This document shows, in pieces, positions 41,901-53,277 of a stretch of DNA of 64,000 nucleotides. Position 1 is the first letter of the stretch; every line of letters starts with the position of its first letter. Source of the stretch: Orbicella franksi (Eukaryota); the NCBI GenBank assembly GCA_964199315.1, contig OZ116711.1, positions 5,766,001 through 5,830,000 of the forward strand, given 5' to 3'. The notes under the pieces are model-generated. The model searched no databases. It was not told the DNA's origin and was given only the letters and a program-made list of their open reading frames with translations. The position numbers were made by a program, and so were the translations under genes.

Positions 41901-44900
41901 CAAACCAAACATATGTCTTGGACGGAAGATTTTGCCGTCTGTGTGCGTGCCAGCCTAACCAGCACATTCACAGCCATCTTCTTTGAGCCAAGCTCCACGC
42001 AAGGCCTCCACGCTCTTCCACCATGAGCATCTGAGCTCCATCAGTCGTGGCGGGTACACCAAATAAATAAACCAAATAATCTCCCCAGCCAAATTAAATT
42101 AAAGAAGCTATATCACGGTTTGCTCATCTTGAAAAGTTTAGCCTAAATGTTTCAATTTCGTCTTTTGTAATCCGTGAATCTTTTCCATCCTTAACTATCC
42201 TTGTTCCTTTTTGATTTATTATCATCTCTTTGGTATTATGCTATCTTGTGCGTGGTCAAAGTATGATGACTGAGCTCCTTTAAAAATGATATTACCAAAG
42301 TCTTTTTAACTTTTTATTTAAGCATAAATCAAACGTAAGTGTAGTGATTACCTTGCTTCATGAATGTTACTTTAGTACGTTCCTCATCACATCCTTGCCA
42401 TAAACAACATTCCACTCCTTCTGCAGGTGCACCTCCATAAAGATGGAGACATTTACCAGTCGGTTTGTGTCGTAAAGAATGAGCTATTGAAAATCAAAAA
42501 AGAAAAAATGCATTTACATCAGGAAAAACCAACTCAATTAGCCTCATCGACCTTACGTTTAATCTTGGTCCGAGAACTTAACTTGAGAGAAACTTAGAAG
42601 CATTAACGCAAGGTGGCCAAACGTAATTGGCAATGAATAGCTGCTAAGAAGGACTAACATGAAAACGATAGTAACATCACAAATTGGCAAGAAATGGCGT
42701 TGGATTGGCCACACGCTCAGAAGAGATAGCAAAAATGTTGCAAGACAAGCCTGGAACTATCAGCCGCATGGAAAGAGGAAAGTTGGACGGCTGGGGAACA
42801 ACTGGAAGCGTTCTATGCTGCAGGAGTTGAAAAGAGTGGGCTTCTCCTGAGAGAGAGTCAAAGCACTGGCAGAGAACTGAGCATGTTGGAGGGTACGGGT
42901 GGACGCCCTATGCTCCCCCGGGGGTGATAAAAGATAATGAAGATGAATTCTTAAGTACAAGTTTAAGTACAAATGTACTGGCAAATGGACAAATCATACC
43001 GGCAGTTCTTTCAAACTTGGCATCTTGAGGCTGACATTTGCTGCTAATCATAAGCTCACATCTCTTTCCTTGAGCTGGCTTTCGCTGGCACACCATCTTG
43101 CCACTGCAGTGATGTTTAAGGGTGCCATCCGCTGACAGAGTAAACTGCATGAATGGTTGATCGCAAGGCTTTGATTTAGTGAGCACAAGAATAGTTCCAT
43201 CAGGAGGCTGACATTTCCCTCTCTGAGGCTTGATACACATTCCGCTTGCTTGTAGGAGAGGGGTCGGGGCCGAAGGTTGCGCTGCAAGCCAGCAGTGAAA
43301 AAAAGTTGTAGACAAAATTAAAGTACAGTCGAACCTCCCATAACGGCCACTTCTCTACAACGGCCGCGTTTTTCCGTCTCGGCGGACAGGCCATACACAT
43401 TCACTCTTCTTTTAACCCCTCAACAACGGCCACCTCTCCACAACGGCAACGGCCACTAAAACTCGTCCCAACTGCCAAAATATCCTCTCGACAAATTCCA
43501 GTTAATCAACGACTGACGAGTACACAAAATCCCATTTTTTATTGTAAACGGTGACTAAAATTGATCCACACGTACCGCGCGCCGTTGGTCTCTGTTTCTG
43601 TTAAGTTTCTGTTTTATTGATACATTTTGATTTAAACTTTTCTCTGTCCCCAAGGTGTCCGTTGTGGAGAGGTTCGACTGTAGACGTAAATTCTTGCAAT
43701 TAGGGAGTTTAAGCATGCGCGTTTTTGAGACGCGGACGGCAACCAGAAGAGAAGATTTCGCTTGCTAGGACAATATTGTCTCCCAGATTTTTTATACTAC
43801 TCATCTCTAATGAAGAAAAGATACTTAGCAATGTGAATATGGTTGTGTGAGGACAAGTTAAAAGTGAAAGTAGCTCACTTCCGGCTACCGTCCGCGTCTC
43901 AAAAACGCGCGTGCTTAAGTTCCCTAATAATTTTCCTCTTTACACGTAGACCGCCATCTTACCTTGTTCTCCTGAACAGCCATACAATTCTGTTTTGAGG
44001 CACATCAGCGAATAGCTCCAATACTGAGGGTTTATCCTGAAATACTGCGCCTCGATCGGTGGATTTAGCACAGTGTTCTTAGTCTGATCTTTGGTGGTTG
44101 GTCCGACAAGAAGCTGAAGAAAATTCAGATTTCAACAATTACATAATCCAAACAGTTTTTCTCTAGGGCGTAATTGGTTAGTGCCATTATTAACTTTATT
44201 TCCCCGTCTCCCCATGACTTGCAAAAACGCCACCAATCTGTGTACGAAACAATAACCAGACCGAGATCGAAACAAGAGAAACTGTGTAGTATTTTAAGAG
44301 GATTGTGGTTAATTATACATTTTCCTGGGAAATGAAATTGTAGAGGCAGTTTTTGTCCTAAGTGCATGCCATGAGAAATTAGTGTTTTTAATGCCAACAA
44401 TTTTACGAATGTTTATTTGCGTGGGGACATGTACAAATGGAGCGATGATGCTAAACTAAACGTGAGATAGGCTGACTTTGAAAATCTGAAAAATATCCTA
44501 AAATACAGTTCAAAAGACAAGTGATTTAAAACTAAGCCCTTACCTGTCCTTTACTGTTACAAGGATATCCGTCGTAAATAAAAGAATCTGGAGGGCACTA
44601 AAGTATATAAAAAACGGCAATGTTAGCTTGTATATTTTTAACCACCCCTCCTCCCCCCTTCCCCAACTTTATATTCCACTCCTCCTCAAATCTACCCCAA
44701 TGAAAACACTTATGGCTACCTGTGGCTAAGGTTTGGAAAGAACATGACTGTTGTAACTGTGTTCCGGTTTGTTAAAAATCGATTGCAAATACATGGCATG
44801 TAGCGTATTGATAAAGACAGTCAACCATTCGCATCTGGCTTAATTGCATGGAAGCGTATTGTCCACTTCAAGACAGTAACAAGTATTAAAAAGATACAAC

Positions 44901-45051
44901 TTGAATCAGTTTTCTCGTGTCGTTCTTTTTGCGTTTTCAAAAAACGTTCCCTTCAAAATTTCAGCTCAGGGCTAATTTTTGAGACATTCGCGACAACCTG
45001 ACGTGTTCAGGATATTCCCAGTGAATTTATGGCGCGTCTTCCCGGGGGGGC

Positions 45052-45082
<31 letters not shown>

Positions 45083-45121
45083 CGCTGTGAAGGGTATGGT
45101 TTTCAAGCAGTTTACTCTACG

Positions 45122-45160
<39 letters not shown>

Positions 45161-48100
45161 GTATAGTTTTTCACAAAACTGACTAGTTGGTTGAAGATTT
45201 TATCTAGACTAAGGAAACTAGGAATTGCCACTCAAAAATACAAAAAAAATCAAATCGGCAAGTTTAAATTTACGCAAATCAGCCTCAACAGTGTCAATAG
45301 ATGGGGGATTTGGGGAGTTTACTCTAGTATAGGTTTCTTTGTATGGAATGAGTGTAACTATACGATTGATATAAATGTTAATGTTATGCGGTATTTTACT
45401 TACATCTCCTTTGTCTCCTGGGCAATACTCTGGTACATCGCAGTCGCCCTCACTAACGCGACATAAGATACCGTGAGGTTTAAACTGCAATAACGATCAC
45501 GGCAGACAAGAGAAAAGGGTGGTTATTTGCAAACATTACAAGGGTTAACACCAAACAATGTCAAAATTCGTGGCTTTATACCGTAAGCCGATGTAAAAAC
45601 GTAAGGATGTAAAAATCTAGAATGACAAGCCTTTTTTTAATCCTGGTGCCTCATAGGGTATGGTATGAAACCGGAAATTATGACAAGAACTATACCTGTC
45701 GTTTTGGAATTGAATAGGTACGGGTTGAGCTCATTTCAACACAGATTCGCTTCTATAAAAGTACGCTGTAAAACGCGACAATACAGAGAGGAGGGAGATA
45801 TAAGCGCGTAAACAGTGGGTCTTCTTTCGATCTCTTTCCTAACCTTGGGAACCGCTGCGGAGAAGAGGGGTGTGATAGAGCCAACGCGCCCATAACTCTG
45901 GTAACTTTCAGGTTCTTCTCGAAACATTTCGACGATGACCTTCGTCACTTTTATCACACTAACATCAGGACTTTATCTTTCCCGTTGGATTAAGACTCAG
46001 CTTTCATCAAATATAATTTTACAGGATATTCTATTGTACAATATAAGCAATGCCGTTAAAACTCACCACACATTCTTGACAGCAAGCATGATTCAGCACA
46101 CTGCACTGAGAGCCAGGCTTCAGCTTACAGCCCTTGGCTTCACAACATGGATCTCGCTCCAGGCAATCCTTAAAGAAAAATAAGTAAAGAAAAGAGCAAT
46201 AAATTGTGAGCAAGAACTTTTTCATAATCAGGAGCTCGAAAGGGAGGCTGCCTTGAACCTACAAACAATAGGCATCCTTATCTCGTACAAGTTATATTCG
46301 AAAGTGATCATTGGTATGAGCTATTTCGAGAACCTTCAAATGAAATATATATTTGTTATCAAAAATGAAGAGTGTAATAATTAAACTGGTTGATTATTAT
46401 TTCATCAGAGTTTTTCTTAACTGCAAAGTTAATCACACCTCTTCGCTTCCGCAGTCGCATTCCTCTCCTTGTTCCACGAGTCCATTCCCGCATCTTGGTC
46501 TTATTTCCTGTAAATTAAAAGAGAAAAATATTTTTATTCAACTGAAAAGCTCAGCAGTGAATAGGACTGCGTTACGCTGACTGGATTTGTGGTGAAAGTG
46601 GTAATTTAGAAATTCCTCTTCTTGCGTTTTTCCTTTCTTTGTCCACCAACTGAAAGTCTCGAGGTTGATCAGCAAGCCTAGTAAACAGCCAAGGGTCTAC
46701 ACGAAAATATTTTGGTTGAATGTTTACCTTTGTACTATCTAATGGTTTGTGACCCATAATCGCTTTAAGATCCTTGACAATAGCTTTTTAAAAGCGCACC
46801 TTAAGAGCTATGTATAAAGTGCGCAGCTCGATTTCGCTGTTCTCATCCGTTCGCGTTCCTGAGTTGCAGTTGGGTGGGAAGCACGGACTCCCTTCCCGCA
46901 CAGCGGCCAGAGTCTTAATGTAAGTGCCTCTTGATAATTTAACTTGAATGTCATCCATGCTTATTCATCGTTGTTAGCCCATCAAAGTCTTCCTCAGCGT
47001 TGACCTTCTTTGTTTTACCGAATATTCTAACTGTAAAACTCCGAAAGTAACGACCAACCCCAACTGAAAGTAAGAAAGAGCTGCTGTAGCATTTTAGTAA
47101 AAGACTAGCGATTTGTTTTAATTTCTGCCTTATTCTATCTTTTTCTTTTTTTACCTTTGAGATTTCCTGCCACTAGTAGTTTTGTCCGTGGTGTAAAAAA
47201 AAATTATAATACACTGTGACAGTGGTCCTTAAATGAAAGTTAAAAAGATAGAGCAAATCTGTTTTCTTAACAGATGACCTAGAGGCAACGCCTTGTAGTT
47301 GATCTATGTTTAGTCACGAAGCTTAGGGCGTAACGAAATCTCAGACTTGCGTTGGTGGATACCTGTTCCAAAGATAGACGAACCTTATCTTAAAATTGAA
47401 AAATTGAAAAATTTCAAGCGATATGAAAACAACTAGTGACTTTATTATTAAGAAACAAAAGAAATCAAAAGCTGAGCTGCTGCTTATTTCAGTGTCAGAA
47501 ATAACCGGTACAAATAAAACACTTGTTGCACGGCCGGGCGAACATTCCTGAGGTATCGGTTGCAGCGGGGGTTCCGTTCTTATCATTAAACTGTATATTC
47601 AGACACTGGTGTGACTGTCCTTGGTTGTGACTCAGTAACAGCGTATTAATCGCCTTTAATCAAATGCTTATAACCAATACTTATAGGACATTAGTTAGCT
47701 GAACGAGTTTTGACGACATTTTGCCGTTTTTACTGAAATCGGCGAGACAGAACCCAGTATTCGGCTGAAAGGCCCGTCACGCTATGTAAACTTCAGACAA
47801 CCTTGTTGAACTGAGCATTTGTTTCTGGCGAAAACACGCTATTTCTTTCGCGGCGTTTAGACGAGTTGTTTTCCATGGAACAGCAGTCGTATAATTTTTA
47901 TTTACGGCTAACACTATAAAACAAGTATCAGACAGATTGGAACAACTTTTCGCCGCGTGATTTTATTATCAACGTAATTATAATGGTGTGTATAGTTGTA
48001 GGGGATTCCATTCATTGTTAAAATCTAACAACTCATTTGTTTTGTGGATTTGATTGGACATTTGTGTTTTAAATGACAACATCTTGACAAATGCCAAAAT

Positions 48101-51100
48101 TAAATGATGCAACTAGATGAGACCTTTGTTTGATAACTGTGCCAGAGCCCGGTGTCATATCATTCCAGCCAAGCCCTTTGAGCGAGAGCTTTGCAAGAAC
48201 GCCGTGAAAAAAGGAAGGGAAGTCTGTGGAAAGCATGTCGAAAATCAGCGAAGACCAAATGTCTGAATTCCGAGATGCGTATTGCCTTTTCGATCGTATT
48301 GGCGATGGCAAGATAGACGGCGAACAAATCGAAGATATGCTGCGTTCTATGGGGTTGAACCCTCTAGGCTCGGATCTCAAACAAGTCCGAGAAGACTTCA
48401 AAGACGAGAGAGTCGAATTCGAGGAATGGCTTGGAATCTATACACAATTCTGCACTAAGCCAGAGCCAGTGAGAGAGGATTTCATCGAAGCATTCAAGTG
48501 TTATGACCGAGATGGTTCAGGAACGATCGATGGAGCTTCGCTGCGAGGACTGCTGTGTCTTCGGGGAGACAGTAAGCTGACGGAAGATGAAGCTAACAAG
48601 TTGCTTGCCCCGTTAGAAGATACTCAGAAGGGTGTAATAAACTACGAGGAGATCATCAAACTGGTAATGTCAAGGCCAGAAAAGGCTGAGTGATAACAGA
48701 CTTTATTGCCGCACCTCTCAGATGCGAACATTTATCTGAACAGAACTGCCTGATGATTTCACTGATCTTTTTGATTTAATTACCCACAAACTTCTAATCA
48801 AGTGGTATTGCCTAGATGAAATATTGTAATTTTAATTCGTCTTCTTTGACAGAAAATTAGAAGTCTCTTGCAACTCTGGTACAGATATAGTTTTATGCAT
48901 TTTTACTCCTTTGTTTATTAATTATGAGTTCAATTTTGGTGGAGTACATGGAGGTAGCTAATGGTCTTTAGGGACAGCGCTTTACGCTGATGGTTTCTTC
49001 GACCTAGAAAAAAGAAAGAGCTGGAATAAAACTTTCTTTGAGAAACTGCGATAATTATTTTGTTTGACTCGAATCTAGGCCATTGATGCCTGTTGTTTCT
49101 ATTCCGAGTCTGGTCCATTTAATATTCCTTGTCAAGAACAATAGCCGGCTTTTTCTTTGGGTGTGACTTACGGAAACGTTTATCTGTAAAATCGGATGTT
49201 TCGAAACGAGCAAGAACTGTTAAGCTAAGAATCGATTTGAATGTACTCTATAGTTGTTAGGATGTAGATATGTGCTTAAAGTGTATTTATGTCAAGTTTT
49301 ATTCCGTTGGATTTTTTTTAAGGCTAACAGACTGCTTGTTCGAAGATAAGGGAATGTTCTGCTGAGTGACTAACTGATTGCTTCGGGGACCCTGTACTAT
49401 AAACAAACTACAATCAATGACATTTCGTTGGATTGCGTGACCAACCCGCCAAAGTGTATGTTGTGTAATGACAAGGTTATCAACGTGACGTAGAGCTTTT
49501 ACGAGCAAATGCATGTGCAATGAGGCAAGCTATTGAATGAACACTGTGGAACAGGAGTATTCGAAAAAGATAACTTTTGCCAAAATCGGAAATCGGAACG
49601 CTAAAGGCCAAACCGTTTTTGACCCTCACTTAAATTTATTTGAAGTACCAGACGTGTTAAATTATGCCACAGACATGCTTTGACCTTAGAGAGAAGAGTC
49701 TGAACCATTTCCAGGGTGCGACATTTCTTAAAGAGTTAATTGAGTACGAGTCGAGATTGAAAAGTACGAAGAACGATCGAATAGACAGCGTGAAGTGAGA
49801 CTGTCATTTGCAGAGCGAGCGAGAGAGGGCGAAAGTTCGGTTGCTCGCCGGAGAAGCGAACGACTTAAAGAAAATCTAGGAATCTATCATAAGGTGCACG
49901 TGGTGAAGAGCAACATGGAAAAATCAGCAGAAATTTGACCGTATCAAAATGTAGATATCACTGGATGAGGGCCATTGGTCTCTCATTCAATCCTGTCTCT
50001 CTTGATCTTATAGTCTAAAGAAGTATTTTCTTTTCTGATTACCTTTCTTTCCTTAAATGTTGCGTTTGAAAATTTTGGATGTAGATCAATAAGATCCTTA
50101 TATTGCTTCTTTTCTTTATGCTCGTCACTTAATGCCATTTGTTCCGGCGCGCAATTCCCATTTTAAGTCGGCCAGTTCTTGCCCAGAAACATGATTCAGT
50201 TGTGTCCAAGAGAAAATGACTCTTGCGGTTTCTCATCAACTCACCTCCTTTGGTCTGTCATACAAACAGAAGTCGTTCACCTTAGCAAGACTTTTCATGC
50301 TGCAGTCTGAAAATCCAGCCACACGGGTCCTGTTTCATTGACAACAAAGACAGTCAAGGGTAAAAGAAGTTAATTTTTCTGGGCTTCATCCTAAAACAAA
50401 AACGAGGCTTACAGCCGCCTCCCCCCCTGGGGTCCTAGTTCCCCTCCGGTCCTCTAGGTTTCCCTATTATAGATTCTGTGTTGACAACAAAGAGACCCCA
50501 TGGTCCTCTTAAAAGGAACTAAAAGGAGGGGTTCAGGTTCTATGACTCTATCCGTCAGTGTGTAATCTAAGAGTTCTAAGGGACTATCATCAACATTGTT
50601 TTTGTCTGAGGTCTTAAAGGAGAGAAACGCTCAAGTTGGGCGCTTTGGGCTCAGGCGTCTAAAACAAAGCCTATAGGGTATTCCCACCCTCACATTTGTT
50701 TTGGACCTTGCTATGAAAAGCCAGTTATGAGTTTCTTCAGAGAATGTTGTTCTCGGTAACGCTTCCTATATTTTAAATGCTAGATCCTGCACAGAAACAA
50801 TGCTATAGTGAGTTGTTCCGCTGTGTCATCTCCTTATAGATCAGAGGATTAAACGTTAAGTCCTCACAGAGGAGCCAAAATTAACTATGGACGTGGACAT
50901 TTAAGATCAGTTAATTGTGATAGAGGATGTCTCTGCATTATTTCATCGACAATACCAAAATGAATTTCATGAGGTACTCACTTGTGTCCACCCATGATAC
51001 AGCCTCTGGGAGTCAGACAAGTACATCCGCCAATTTCTATCGGGAAAAATTCAAGTTAATAATTTAACTGAGATAACTAAGATCAGTTATTGGCGCACAG

Positions 51101-53171
51101 CCATTGATACCCTTGACTTCGTAAGTATCCTTTTAGATGTGAGTTATGAGGAATATGAACGGCTACGTTTTGGATTTTTGTAACGCGTCTAAACCACAGT
51201 TGGAAGACGTGGTTTTCTCGCAATGGTTAAATACCAACCTTCATCGTGATCCATTCCAAAGTTGTGTCCCATTTCATGAGCTGTGGCTATCCACGGTCCC
51301 ACAGAAATGTAGTGATCCCACTACAATAATTAAAACACACGGTGGAAAAAGTCAACACGAGTTTACACCGCTAACACGATTTTTTTTTTCTTCTTGCATT
51401 CGGTAAACATATGCAAAACTATAATTGTTCTTTTCTAGTTTCAGTTTAGTTGAAATTGAAGGATATCGCAAAATACTACTTAAGCCTCTCAGTACGCAAT
51501 TTTAGCCCCCAAAAGGGGCGCAATCAGGTGCTGGAGGTTATTTCTGGCCATTGTTGCATTGAAAACTTGTCAACATTGTGGTATAGTGCGCGTACAGAAA
51601 GTTAGTTTTTTAACGGTTTTTGAACAAAAAAAAAAGCAACAGGAGATCCCTGACAGCGCCAGTTAAGGCTTTTCGTCTTTCGTTCTTCACTTCCCCTTTG
51701 TACCACACTCTTTTGTAGACTGTTTTCCTTCTAGTGGCCTTAAACGTTAGACAACTTGTAATTTCATCTGCGGAACAACTAACAAAGAGAAAACGGAAAC
51801 ACAAAGAGAAAACGTAAGCACTAGAAAGTGTGAATGGATAGTCGGAGAATGCCGAAGGCTTTCTTCGATTTTCAGGAGACAAATTTGTAGGTTCAAAACG
51901 TGGATCTCTGTCCCGATTTCTCTCATCGCGCCTTTAAGCATGCTTTGTTGTAAGCTTTTGTGAGACTATTTCCTCCTTCATCAACTGATCATTAAAAAAA
52001 AAAAATTTTGTGAAAAGTGCTGACAGCACAAGTGGTACAAGGACCATGGCCCGCTTACTCGGTCCGGATTTCGTCGGGTTTAGCAGTCAGAAAGTTAAAG
52101 TAAAAGGACACGTTCTATTACCGACACTATTCCAGAAGAGCTTTCAGTACACATGCCATATAATGCTGCCATTCCTGCAGCATCGGTCCAGCTGTTATTA
52201 CTGTGATGAGAGAGAGTAGTGATAGTAATAAAAATTTAATAATAATTTATTTAAAGTCGTGACACAGGAAGCGGTTGCCCATTCTCCCGAGTCAGGGGCT
52301 CATGATAAAAGTGCTCAAAAAAAAAGTAAAATAAAGTACGAAACGAATGTGAATTGAGAAAGAGAAAAAGAGTAATCATAACATGTACGTAAACGATGGT
52401 CAAATTGTTGTTTGAGGTTAGGTTTTACCCATGGAATTGATATACATAGCTGCGTTATTGAATCTCTATAAGTACCAACGTCCATCTGGTGACCATCCAT
52501 ATTGTTTAGATTTTTTTTTTTCTTTTTCAAAAAAAAAAAAGGATTTAAAGGAAATTTAATTTCTTTAGATTTAGCTCCTGTATGGCTTTGAAAGAGAACC
52601 CTAAGAGTTCCATAACATGTAACAACAGTGAAAATTCGGCGCCATGGAAGATCCTAAGCGACACCAAAACACAATTTTCATCTTCTTCACTACCTTGCAC
52701 TGCCATGTAAAATGTGCCCTCCTCCCTCCCCAGAAAGTATGGCAAATTGTTAGGAGAAATTTTAGTTCAATCACCACTCACCACATCAGCTGTGCGTTAT
52801 CGTGATCAGGAAAGGTTTTCATCAGCGTGTTCTTGCGATATTTTGCAAATCTGTCGTAGTATTCGCCTGCAATTTCACTTCTGACAATTTTATCGCCATT
52901 GGTCCAGAATTCCATAGCAACCAGGACGATTCTGATGTTGATTTTGCTGTAAATCTGAAAGAAATTCTTACTTACAACTAGAACATGTGCGTATGTTACC
53001 TTATAGAGCTGTTTCGACAAAGAGAAGCTGAGGAATGAAACATTGGCGAGAGCGCTCGCCTCCCACCAATATGGCCTAGGTTCGATATCGGCCGGTGCCA
53101 TATATGTATTTGGGTTGAGTTTGATGTGAAGTTTATATGAAATAATTCATATAAGAACTGCGGTTGTAGAT

Positions 53172-53202
<31 letters not shown>

Positions 53203-53243
53203 TCCAATTTAAGCAATTGGAAAGAAGAAGCCTGAAAAAATCA

Positions 53244-53277
<34 letters not shown>

